From: Rhizobiaceae bacterium
Lineage (GTDB): Bacteria > Pseudomonadota > Alphaproteobacteria > Rhizobiales > Rhizobiaceae
Assembly (NCBI GenBank): GCA_963669285.2
Contig: CAXXSI010000019.1
Coordinates: 78,780-142,779, forward strand
Reading direction: 5' to 3'
DNA length: 64,000 bases
Made by a program: the position numbers and the translations under genes. Below the pieces are notes generated by a model. The model worked only from the letters and a program-made list of their open reading frames with translations. It did not search any database and was not told where the DNA came from. This document shows positions 10,232 to 18,087 of this stretch, piece after piece. The stretch's first letter is position 1; each line of letters opens with the position of its first letter.

Positions 10232-10421
10232 GATTAACATTTGACGGCAGGTCTCCTGGCTCGCGGGTCGTTACATCAGGCCGCCTTCCCGGGTTATCCC
10301 CAGTGGCAATCGGCAAAATGTTTTCCGCCTACAGTTGCGGGAACAGCTGTGGATTTGCGGTCGTACCGCTCACCACATTCCCTCTTAGCCCCAGATTCCA
10401 AGTGAAATATCGGGGACCGTC
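10232..10421 (-). promoter_or_regulatory. cobalamin (AdoCbl) riboswitch controlling DUF1636-cobW-cobN-cobGHIJ
   Basis: Minus-strand core AAGAGGGAATGTGGTGAG..CAAATCCACAGCTGTTCCCGCAACTGTAGGCGG. B12 box AGCCAGGAGACCTGCCG (reverse complement of 10245-10261) lies about 50 nt upstream of the ATG at 10194. Confidence 0.85.
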
Positions 10422-10427
10422 GGGCTC

Positions 10428-10456
10428 ATTTAGGCTTCGCCTGGAACTATTGTCAA
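10428..10456 (-). promoter_or_regulatory. putative sigma70 promoter for the minus-strand riboswitch/operon
   Basis: Minus strand reads TTGACA (10456-10451), a 17-nt spacer, then CTAAAT (10433-10428), immediately upstream of the riboswitch core. Confidence 0.4.
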
Positions 10457-10473
10457 TGAGGATCAGAATCCGT

Positions 10474-10501
10474 TTGCTGGAAGCGAAAATATCTCTATGA
10501 T
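10474..10501 (+). promoter_or_regulatory. putative sigma70 promoter for the plus-strand riboswitch/cbtBA-cobPO operon
   Basis: TTGCTG (10474-10479), a 16-nt spacer, then TATGAT (10496-10501), just upstream of the plus-strand riboswitch. Confidence 0.35.
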
Positions 10502-10504
10502 CCA

Positions 10505-10692
10505 AGCACCGTCGGTTCCCTGAAAGGGAGCAAGAGGGAATGCGGTCAAGGGCATATGCCTTAAGCCGCGGCTGCCCCCGCAACTGTATGCGGTCCGGCC
10601 GGTTTCGAACGCCACTGGGGACAGACCCTGGGAAGGTGAATCCGGCCAATAACCGCGAGCCAGGAGACCTGCCGACGCAACGGGAAACCAAC
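10505..10692 (+). promoter_or_regulatory. cobalamin (AdoCbl) riboswitch controlling cbtB-cbtA-cobP-cobO
   Basis: Core CAAGAGGGAATGCGGTCAAG..TTAAGCCGCGGCTGCCCCCGCAACTGTATGCGG. B12 box AGCCAGGAGACCTGCCG at 10658-10674, 44 nt upstream of the cbtB ATG. Confidence 0.85.
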
Positions 10693-10718
10693 AGGCCCTC
10701 GGGTGGAGGGGAAAGGAA

Positions 10719-10907
10719 ATGAGGATGGATACCGCTTCTCAGTCAGTGCAGTCTGTACAATCAGGTGTGCAATCGCGGTTTTTGCCGCTGGGGCTTGCCA
10801 TGCTTCTGGGCATGTTTGTGGTCGGCTTCGCGGGCTTTGCCAATATCGATGCGGTACACAATGCCGGTCATGATTATCGGCACTCGATGGGCTTTCCCTG
10901 CCACTAA
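10719..10907 (+). CDS. cbtB: cobalt transporter small subunit CbtB
   Basis: 62 aa with one TM helix and the C-terminal HDYRHSMGFPCH motif typical of CbtB. Located directly downstream of a B12 riboswitch and upstream of cbtA. Confidence 0.8.
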   Translation: MRMDTASQSVQSVQSGVQSRFLPLGLAMLLGMFVVGFAGFANIDAVHNAGHDYRHSMGFPCH

Positions 10908-10922
10908 CAAGGCTTTTCAATC

Positions 10923-11645
10923 ATGCACATTTTCAGAAACGTCGTGTTTACCGCGGCGATTGCGGGATTGTTTGCAGGTGTTGCGCTTGCGATCATGCAA
11001 AGCCTGGTGACGGTGCCGATGATTTTGGAAGCCGAATTCTACGAGGTTTCCGCACCGGTCCATGATCATGGTGATGAGACCGCCAATGGCGGACACCATC
11101 ACGGTGAAGATGCGTGGACGCCCGGCGAGGGTGCGGAGCGTGTTGGTTTCACGATACTATCCAATATCGTGACAGGGATCGGCTTTGCGCTCATTCTTGT
11201 CGTTGCGTCTGAACTGGCTGGCGGGATCGCCGGCTGGCGGCAAGGCGTGCTGTGGGGATTTTCCGGTTTCGCGGTTTTCACGCTGGCGCCCGGACTGGGA
11301 TTGCCACCGGAATTGCCGGCAATGCCCACTGCCGATCTGGTCATGCGTCAAAGTTGGTGGATCGCCACGGTCTTGTTGACGGCCGGCGGATTGGCGCTGA
11401 TCGCATTTTGGCGCTCATTGCCGCTGGCATTGCTGGCGATCGCGATGATCATTGCGCCCCACATTTGGGGTGCGCCTTTGCCGAATAGTTTTGAGAGCCC
11501 CGTACCCGAGGGTCTGCATCACCGCTTTATCGTCGCTGTGACCGTGACAAATCTGCTGTTCTGGCTGGTTCTTGGTATGGTGGCGGGCTTGGTCCGCAAC
11601 CGGATTCACCGGAAATCCGAAGAGCCGGCAAACGGTTTTGCCTGA
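10923..11645 (+). CDS. cbtA: cobalt transporter subunit CbtA
   Basis: 240-aa multi-TM protein with a His-rich loop (HDHGDETANGGHHHGED). Paired with cbtB under a B12 riboswitch. Confidence 0.85.
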   Translation: MHIFRNVVFTAAIAGLFAGVALAIMQSLVTVPMILEAEFYEVSAPVHDHGDETANGGHHHGEDAWTPGEGAERVGFTILSNIVTGIGFALILVVASELAGGIAGWRQGVLWGFSGFAVFTLAPGLGLPPELPAMPTADLVMRQSWWIATVLLTAGGLALIAFWRSLPLALLAIAMIIAPHIWGAPLPNSFESPVPEGLHHRFIVAVTVTNLLFWLVLGMVAGLVRNRIHRKSEEPANGFA

Positions 11646-12153
11646 CAATCCGGATCTGACACTGGTGATTGGCGGCGCGCGATCCGGCAAGAGTGCACAT
11701 GCCGAAAGCCTGGTTCGTGCAATCGAACCACCGTGGCATTATGTGGCCACGGCGGAGATTCTCGATGAGGAAATGCGCGCGCGTATCGATGCGCATCGGC
11801 GCCGTAGGGGCGGGCAGTGGCAAACCGTCGACGCGCCAATTGCGTTGGACCAGACATTGCAATCATTGCCCGCGGGACAGCCGGTGCTGATTGATTGCCT
11901 TACACTGTGGCTTTCAAATCATCTGCTTGCCGGTAATGACCTGGACAAGGAATGCTCGGCGCTTGTCGGCGCGTTGAACCGGCGTGTCGGGCCAACATTT
12001 GTGGTGAGCAACGAAGTCGGTCAGGGAATCGTTCCAGACAACAGACTATCAAGGCAGTTCCGCGATGCAGCCGGACGACTAAACCAAATGGTTGCCGGCG
12101 TCGCCGGGTGCGTCATACTGATGGTCGCGGGAATACCGATGCGGGTGAAGTGA
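11638..12153 (+). CDS. cobP: adenosylcobinamide kinase / adenosylcobinamide-phosphate guanylyltransferase (CobP/CobU)
   Basis: ORF 11572..12153. P-loop VIGGARSGKS near the N-terminus, and NEVGQGIVPDN. The upstream part of the ORF overlaps cbtA, so the likely start is TTG 11638 (overlaps the cbtA stop at 11643-11645). Start is uncertain. Confidence 0.85.
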   Translation: MPDNPDLTLVIGGARSGKSAHAESLVRAIEPPWHYVATAEILDEEMRARIDAHRRRRGGQWQTVDAPIALDQTLQSLPAGQPVLIDCLTLWLSNHLLAGNDLDKECSALVGALNRRVGPTFVVSNEVGQGIVPDNRLSRQFRDAAGRLNQMVAGVAGCVILMVAGIPMRVK

Positions 12154-12154
12154 G

Positions 12155-12784
12155 ATGAGTGAAGACGAAAAAAGTCGACCAAAGAGCAAGGACGCCGAGC
12201 GCCATCGCGCCAAGATGGAAAGGCGCAAGGCCGTTCAGGATGCTGAAGTGGCCGGCAAAACCATTGAAAAAGGACTGCTGATCGTCAACACCGGGCCTGG
12301 GAAAGGCAAATCCACTGCAGCTTTCGGGCTTGCAGTGCGCATGCTCGGTTATGGAAAGAAGATCGGTGTGGTTCAGTTCATCAAGGGCGCCTGGCATGCC
12401 GGTGAGACCGACGCGTTTGCCCGGTTCGGCGATCTTGTCGAATGGCACACGATGGGTGAGGGGTTTACCTGGGAAACGCAGGATCTCGAACGAGATATCG
12501 CTGCGGCTGAACGGGCCTGGGAGAAGGCGAAGACCCTGATGGCCGATGATACCATCAGCTTGGTGGTGCTGGATGAACTCAACATAGCGCTGAGATACGA
12601 TTATCTGGATCTGCGGGAAGTCGTGTCGACTTTGCAAAACCGGCGCGCCGATCTGCATTTGGTCGTGACCGGCAGAAACGCGAAACCGGAACTGGTGGAC
12701 GCGGCCGACCTGGTAACCGAGATGGCGCTTGTGAAGCATCACTTCGCCAGCGGTGTAAAGGCGCAACAAGGTATTGAATTTTGA
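12155..12784 (+). CDS. cobO: cob(I)yrinic acid a,c-diamide adenosyltransferase CobO
   Basis: 209 aa with TGPGKGKSTAAFG, VQFIKG and VLDELN motifs. Starts 1 nt after the cobP stop. Confidence 0.9.
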   Translation: MSEDEKSRPKSKDAERHRAKMERRKAVQDAEVAGKTIEKGLLIVNTGPGKGKSTAAFGLAVRMLGYGKKIGVVQFIKGAWHAGETDAFARFGDLVEWHTMGEGFTWETQDLERDIAAAERAWEKAKTLMADDTISLVVLDELNIALRYDYLDLREVVSTLQNRRADLHLVVTGRNAKPELVDAADLVTEMALVKHHFASGVKAQQGIEF

Positions 12785-12805
12785 CGGTTCGAAACGTTGA
12801 TGGAA

Positions 12806-13780
12806 TTAGCCGCCAATCGAGAACACGGTCAGGACAAGTCCCGCGACCAAGGCGATCATCAGCAGGTCGGCGGCCCAATAGAGGGCGAGCGCCCGACGGA
12901 TATCGGGAATATGCGCGAGCGGCCTGCCGCCCTTGCCCATGACAGCGTCGTCGACAGTGCTCCCGGCATACGATCTGGGACCGGCCAGCTCCAATCCGAG
13001 CGCTCCGGCGAAAGCGGCCTCCGGCCATCCGGCATTGGGCGAACGATGATGGCGGGCGTCACGCCAGACGGCTTGCCAAGCATTCCGGGGCGAGGCGCCG
13101 GGGACAAGCATTGCAGCAATTACGACCAGAAGCGCCGTCAAACGCGATGCCGGCAGGTTCACCAGATCGTCGACCCGTGCAGTCGCCCAACCGAAATCGC
13201 GATGGATTTCCGACTTGTGACCAATCATGCTGTCTGCAGTATTGATCGCCTTGTAAGTTGCAATTCCAGGCAACCCGCCAAGCACAAGCCAGAATACGGG
13301 AGCGACGACACCATCGGAGAAATTTTCCGCCAGGCTTTCAATGGCGGCGCGGCTTACTCCGGATTCGTCAAGCGCGGAAACATCTCTGCCGACGAGCTGA
13401 GAAACGGCAGTCCTGCCATCTTCGATGCCGCCGCTTTCAAATCGGTCTGCAACGACCTTTACATGTGCGGCGAGACTGCGCTGGGCGATCAGTGTCGAGG
13501 CCAGCAGTGCCACAATGATCCAGCCGTAAGGCATCGATATCAATGCCCATTGAACCAAGACCGCAATTCCCGCGGCAATCACCGCGATCAACACCAAGGC
13601 GCCCACGCCGGCCAGTCTTCTGGAGATTGCCAACAGACCGGGCCGATTGAAGCTGCGGTCCATGAGATCGATGGTCTGTCCGATCCACATGACCGGATGC
13701 CCGACGATTCGCATCAGAAGCTGCGGATATCCGGCGGCCAATTCGGCAATAAGCGCCAGAAATGCGATGGTGACTGACAT
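12806..13780 (-). CDS. cobD: adenosylcobinamide-phosphate synthase CobD (CbiB)
   Basis: 324-aa membrane protein with ...HPVMWIG...VGRD...ESLAENFSDGVVAP...NTADSMIGH..., typical CobD/CbiB. Confidence 0.9.
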   Translation of the reverse strand: MSVTIAFLALIAELAAGYPQLLMRIVGHPVMWIGQTIDLMDRSFNRPGLLAISRRLAGVGALVLIAVIAAGIAVLVQWALISMPYGWIIVALLASTLIAQRSLAAHVKVVADRFESGGIEDGRTAVSQLVGRDVSALDESGVSRAAIESLAENFSDGVVAPVFWLVLGGLPGIATYKAINTADSMIGHKSEIHRDFGWATARVDDLVNLPASRLTALLVVIAAMLVPGASPRNAWQAVWRDARHHRSPNAGWPEAAFAGALGLELAGPRSYAGSTVDDAVMGKGGRPLAHIPDIRRALALYWAADLLMIALVAGLVLTVFSIGG

Positions 13781-14819
13781 GGCGCTCGATCAGCTTGTCC
13801 CAATAAATCCTGTTGAAGATCATGGCGGGGATCTTTCGCGGGCCCGGGCGATGTTCACGAAAGCGCCGGAGCCGTGGATTGACCTGTCCACCGGGATCAA
13901 TCCGCACTCCTATCCGGTTTTCGACCTTCCCGCCAAGGTTTTGTCTCGCCTGCCGGAGCGGGAACGGTTGGCGGAACTCAGGCTTGCCGCCGCGCAAGCC
14001 TATGGTGCCGATTCGGAAGAAAGCGTTGTCGTTTCGCCTGGAACCCAGCCGATCATGGCTTTCACCGCAGGTCTTGTTCGCCCGGGATGTTGCCGCATCC
14101 TCGGACCGACCTATGGCGAGCACGCGCGATGCGCCGCTCTTGCCGGCCACGAGGTGAAAACGGTCGCCGATCTGTCGTCCCTGGAGACGGCTGATCTGGC
14201 AATTATCGTCAATCCCAACAACCCCGACGGCCGATTTTTCACCAGGGATGAACTGGTATCTTTGTGCGGCAAGATTTCAGCGCGAGGCGGAATGCTGGTG
14301 ATCGACGAAGCTTTTATGGATGTGGCTTCGGCAGACCATTCGTTGACGGGAATGATTGGCGGTCAGAATATCGTCGTGATGCGCTCGTTTGGAAAATTTT
14401 TCGGCCTGGCAGGCCTGCGGCTTGGGTTTGCCATCGCCACGCCCCGGATTGCCTCGGTGCTCGCCGCCGCACTGGGCCCATGGCCTGTCGCAGGCCCGGC
14501 GCTTGAATACGGGCTTCGGGCGCTCCGCGATGTCGATTGGAAGATCGGGATGCGCAAACAGCTCGAAACAGATGCCCGCAGGTTGCGCGCGTTGCTGATT
14601 GCACACGATATCGGGATCATTGGCGGGACCGGCCTGTTCCAGCTTGTGCACCATGGCAGGGCCAACAATCTGTTTGAACATCTCGGTGGTTCCGGGATAT
14701 TTGTACGCAAATTTGCCGACCGGCCCACACTGCTAAGATTCGGGCTGCCGGGAGAGGAATGCCAGTGGGAGCGGCTGGAAACAGCTTTGGATAGCTGGTC
14801 ACGGGGCAAACGCCCATGA
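13779..14819 (+). CDS. cobC: threonine-phosphate decarboxylase (PLP enzyme, CobC in Pseudomonas denitrificans nomenclature)
   Basis: ORF 13647..14819. Start moved to MALDQLVPINPVEDHGGDL (HGGD near the N-terminus). Class I/II aminotransferase fold (NPNNPDG, RSFGKFFGLAGLRLG). Confidence 0.85.
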   Translation: MALDQLVPINPVEDHGGDLSRARAMFTKAPEPWIDLSTGINPHSYPVFDLPAKVLSRLPERERLAELRLAAAQAYGADSEESVVVSPGTQPIMAFTAGLVRPGCCRILGPTYGEHARCAALAGHEVKTVADLSSLETADLAIIVNPNNPDGRFFTRDELVSLCGKISARGGMLVIDEAFMDVASADHSLTGMIGGQNIVVMRSFGKFFGLAGLRLGFAIATPRIASVLAAALGPWPVAGPALEYGLRALRDVDWKIGMRKQLETDARRLRALLIAHDIGIIGGTGLFQLVHHGRANNLFEHLGGSGIFVRKFADRPTLLRFGLPGEECQWERLETALDSWSRGKRP

Positions 14820-15319
14820 TCCATGTAACGCCGGCATCAAGGCTTGAAGCGGTTTTGGAGCAGACTGATGCCAGGCATCTGATAACTCTGCTGACCGACG
14901 GTTCGTCCTTTGTGCGCCCGGCCGGTATTGGGGAAGAAAATCATCTTCACCTCGTCATGAACGATATTTCGGAACCGCGTGCTGGAATGATACCGCCCAA
15001 TGCGCTTCATGTGGCCGAGCTGCTGCAGTTTACCCGCAGCTGGACACGCGATACTCCGCTGGTCATCAACTGTTATGCCGGTATCAGCCGTTCGACGGCG
15101 GCGGCGTATGTGGTCTGCTGCGCCTTGCAACCGCAACGGGATGAGGTAGCGCTGGCGCAAACACTGAGGGCAAAATCACCCAGCGCCACACCGAACTCAC
15201 TGATCGTTCGCCTTGGCGACGAGGCGCTGGGCCGGGACGGCCGGATGACGGATGCAATTGCTGCAATCGGGCGCGGCGAGGAGGCGTTTGAGGGCTCGTC
15301 GTTCTTCCTGGAAATCTGA
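14816..15319 (+). CDS. Cys-based phosphatase-like protein (CX5R P-loop; predicted protein-tyrosine-phosphatase-like family)
   Basis: 167 aa. ATGA overlap with the cobC stop. NCYAGISRS motif (Cys-X5-Arg-Ser). Confidence 0.7.
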   Translation: MIHVTPASRLEAVLEQTDARHLITLLTDGSSFVRPAGIGEENHLHLVMNDISEPRAGMIPPNALHVAELLQFTRSWTRDTPLVINCYAGISRSTAAAYVVCCALQPQRDEVALAQTLRAKSPSATPNSLIVRLGDEALGRDGRMTDAIAAIGRGEEAFEGSSFFLEI

Positions 15320-15377
15320 TTGGGTGGTTACCGCGGCGGGTGATGATCTCACTGTATGAATGCGCTCCGGCGGCCAA

Positions 15378-16283
15378 TCATCGCTTGCCGATCTGATCCA
15401 TCGATATTCTGCGTCCAAACATTCTTTCAGCGTTTTTGTAGGCGATTTTTTCGGCAATTTCGCGCGGAAGTTTCGATAGCCAACGGCGATTCGAGCTGAT
15501 GATGTCGGAATATCTGTCCCATTGGCTATTGACCCAGGTGTCGCTGCCGATCAGCAAGCGATCCTGAAAGGCAACAATGATCTTCATCCACTCGGGATCA
15601 ATTCCGTCGTCCGAATCAAGAATGTCGAACTCTCGCAACGAGGTATCCGCCGTCAGCGACGGATATTCGCTCATCAAACCATAAACGCTATCAGCCGGCT
15701 CTCCCAAACCGGCATGCGCCCAGATGATTTTTACGTCAGGGTCCAGGCCATAAAGCCATCGGATCGGTTCCGGGCCGGAGTGAACGTGCAGATAGATGTC
15801 CCGCGCCTTGGCCATCTCGATAACCTGGCGCAACAGCGGTTCATCGGATGTGTCCAACCGGTGAATGTGAAATTCGCCAATGCCTTCGTGGGGATATTGT
15901 TCGAGGCGCCTGACCAGATATTGCTCTATCCCCGGCATTTTGGTCCAATTCGATGATCCGGCATCACCATGATACGGGCGCAGTTCCGGTACAATCCGGT
16001 TGGGTGCATATTCCCAAAGCATGATCGTGCCTTCGTCCGGCGTTGAAGAAACCAGCCCCATTGCCACGCCGTTATTGTCCATCAGTTCAATGATGCTGCG
16101 AACGGGATACTGTTGCCATGCGGGCTGTTTGTAGTGAATATGAGCGTCAAAGATCGGCAGGTCCCCGACAGCCTCGCCAATCGGGGCGTGGCTTTCGTCT
16201 GCAATAGCCGACGTCAGGCCAAGGTTCCCACACAATAGTACGGCAAAAGCAAGCGCCGGGCTCATCCCAGACAAAATGTTCAA
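15378..16283 (-). CDS. secreted amidohydrolase-family (TIM-barrel metal-dependent hydrolase) protein
   Basis: 301 aa with an N-terminal signal-like peptide (ALAFAVLLCGNLGLTSAIA). IFDAHIHY, FHIH and HAG motifs resemble amidohydrolase_2. Confidence 0.7.
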   Translation of the reverse strand: MNILSGMSPALAFAVLLCGNLGLTSAIADESHAPIGEAVGDLPIFDAHIHYKQPAWQQYPVRSIIELMDNNGVAMGLVSSTPDEGTIMLWEYAPNRIVPELRPYHGDAGSSNWTKMPGIEQYLVRRLEQYPHEGIGEFHIHRLDTSDEPLLRQVIEMAKARDIYLHVHSGPEPIRWLYGLDPDVKIIWAHAGLGEPADSVYGLMSEYPSLTADTSLREFDILDSDDGIDPEWMKIIVAFQDRLLIGSDTWVNSQWDRYSDIISSNRRWLSKLPREIAEKIAYKNAERMFGRRISMDQIGKR

Positions 16284-16350
16284 CCTTCATCTCCGTTTTT
16301 GTTCTCGTCCGACCTTGAAGAATTTCCGTTGTCGGCGCATCGGGCCAAGA

Positions 16351-17082
16351 TCAGCTGGTTTCAACCAATCTATAACCGCAGTCCAGCTCCTCAAGCTCCA
16401 TCAGATCGGCATGCCGCCGTTGCCATTCGCCACTCTCCAAATCCATCTCGAGTTTGCGCAATCCCTCAGAAACATTACCCACGGCCCAAAAAGACGACAT
16501 GGCCTTGCGAACCCTCTCGTCAAGATAGGCGGCAGGACGACGCCAGTAGCCAGCCAGAAAACCGTCAGTGCAGTCGTGAGGGATCAAGACCGGTGAAACC
16601 GAAATCGACCCAAGCCAGCTCTCGAATTCGACCATTGTTGGCATCTGGTCTTCGTCCAGGGTCACCAGTTCGGGGAAATAATCGGCCAGCCAAAATCCGC
16701 GAAATGACGGATCATAGGTGAGTAAGACCATCTTGCCGCGGGTTACCCGCCGCATCTCGGCGACGCCCTTCTTCTTGTCAGCCCAGTGGTGAATCGTCAG
16801 AATCGCCATTGAAGCATCAAAGGAATTGTCGTCGAACGGCAGATTCTCGGCTCTGCCTTGAATGATCGTCACATCCGATGCGGGCCGCTGGTTGATCATT
16901 TCTGCAGAGGGTTCAACCGCTGTGATCTGACGGCCGGATGGTTCATATGAACCCGCGCCGGCGCCGACGTTCAATATGGATGTCGCATCGCCCAGGGCGG
17001 TTTCGATTTTTTGCGCAATTCGGCGGTCGGGCCGGCGCAGATTCGCGTAGTTCAGACCTATGGTGTCGTATAATGTGGCCAT
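16351..17082 (-). CDS. class I SAM-dependent methyltransferase
   Basis: ORF 16351..17184. Start moved to MATLYDTIGLNYANLR. SAM motif ILNVGAGAGSYE. Confidence 0.8.
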   Translation of the reverse strand: MATLYDTIGLNYANLRRPDRRIAQKIETALGDATSILNVGAGAGSYEPSGRQITAVEPSAEMINQRPASDVTIIQGRAENLPFDDNSFDASMAILTIHHWADKKKGVAEMRRVTRGKMVLLTYDPSFRGFWLADYFPELVTLDEDQMPTMVEFESWLGSISVSPVLIPHDCTDGFLAGYWRRPAAYLDERVRKAMSSFWAVGNVSEGLRKLEMDLESGEWQRRHADLMELEELDCGYRLVETS

Positions 17083-17223
17083 GCGCGGAGTGGTGTTATC
17101 GCGGTTGTTGATTGCTTGAGTGCGAAACCAAGGATCCCAGCTAAATGGTGGATCCGCAATAGACGGCTGCGATTCGCAACACACAGGTCGCGGGGAAAAC
17201 GTGTCTTGTCGATCTGGATTAAC

Positions 17224-17298
17224 TGGAGCGGGCGATGAGATTCGAACTCACGACCCCAACCTTGGCAAGGTTGTGCTCTACCCCTGAGCTACGCCCGC
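17224..17298 (-). tRNA. tRNA-Gly (anticodon GCC)
   Basis: Minus strand reads GCGGGCGTAGCTCAGGGGTAGAGCACAACCTTGCCAAGGTTGGGGTCGTGAGTTCGAATCTCATCGCCCGCTCCA. The cloverleaf was folded by hand: 7-bp acceptor, D stem GCTC/GAGC, anticodon loop TTGCCAA, T-loop TTCGAAT, encoded CCA. Confidence 0.95.
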
Positions 17299-17472
17299 TC
17301 ATGTGGCAATTGCCGTGAAGCGGCGCCTGTATGGCGCAGAAGTGCGGCGATTGCAACAGGGAATTATTGCGCGAATAGCTGATTTTTCATTGGGCCTGAC
17401 CGTGAATTGCATTGTGTTTGCACAAGCGCTACCCCGCAACTTTCGATCAACGCCGGCCAAGGATACAATGTA

Positions 17473-17979
17473 ATGCCGCTGACGCCCGAGGAATTGCTGA
17501 TCCAACTGGAAGAATCCGGTTATCAAACGCAGACGGTGCAACACCCGCCGCTATTCACGGTAGACGATTCCCGGAAACTACGAGGCACAATCTCCGGCCG
17601 GCATACCAAGAACCTGTTTTTGAAGGACAAGAAGGATAATTTCTTCCTCGTGACGGTTGGGGAAGATCGCGCCGTCGATCTGAAACAGCTGCACAAGCTG
17701 ATTGGCGGTGCGAGCCGGCTTTCATTTGGAAAACCGGAAAAACTGATGGAATATCTGGGAGTTATCCCTGGAGCGGTGACGGCATTCTCCGTTGTCAACG
17801 ACATCCATGGCATGGTTCAGGCCATATTCGATGAAGAACTGATGGCACACGAACAGATCAATGCCCATCCGCTGTCCAACGAGGCTACGACAACGATTCG
17901 GACAAAGGATCTGATCGAGTTCATGGCTATGACCAATCATCGACCAGCGATCATATCGGTATCGTGTGAAACGCCTTGA
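17473..17979 (+). CDS. proX: prolyl-tRNA editing protein, YbaK/ProX family
   Basis: ORF 17407..17979. Start at MPLTPEELL. HTKNLFLKDKK, GVIPGAVTAF and INAHPL motifs are typical of the ProX/PrdX deacylase. Confidence 0.8.
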   Translation: MPLTPEELLIQLEESGYQTQTVQHPPLFTVDDSRKLRGTISGRHTKNLFLKDKKDNFFLVTVGEDRAVDLKQLHKLIGGASRLSFGKPEKLMEYLGVIPGAVTAFSVVNDIHGMVQAIFDEELMAHEQINAHPLSNEATTTIRTKDLIEFMAMTNHRPAIISVSCETP

Positions 17980-18087
17980 TTGTTGCGGTTGGGCGGGAAG
18001 CGTCATACATACCGTGGCGAATGTCCGGATACCGGATAACGCATATTTAATTGCCCGCCAAAACAAGAGGCGGAAGCGAGGACTGAG

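Noticed and set aside
10303-10691. ORFs 10303..10500 (+), 10329..10691 (-) and 10540..10722 (+) in the cob control region.
   Set aside because: They lie entirely within the two cobalamin riboswitches and their promoters. Their translations look like non-coding sequence.
12797-13777. 326-aa ORF antisense to cobD. Similar long antisense ORFs: 1192..1938 vs cobK, 18124..19008 vs thioredoxin, 22901..23686 vs dnaE2, 25421..26158 vs imuA/B, 33153..34031 vs sulfurtransferase, 34849..35763 vs carboxylase, 55719..56558 and 56918..57679 vs ffh.
   Set aside because: GC-rich DNA produces long stop-free antisense frames. Their translations are Arg/Gly/Pro/His-rich with no motifs, while the opposite strand encodes clearly recognisable conserved proteins.
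15320-17298. Possible genomic island integrated at tRNA-Gly (amidohydrolase plus methyltransferase downstream of the tRNA 3' end).
   Set aside because: There is no integrase or recombinase, I could find no partial tRNA direct repeat by eye, and the genes look like ordinary metabolic genes.
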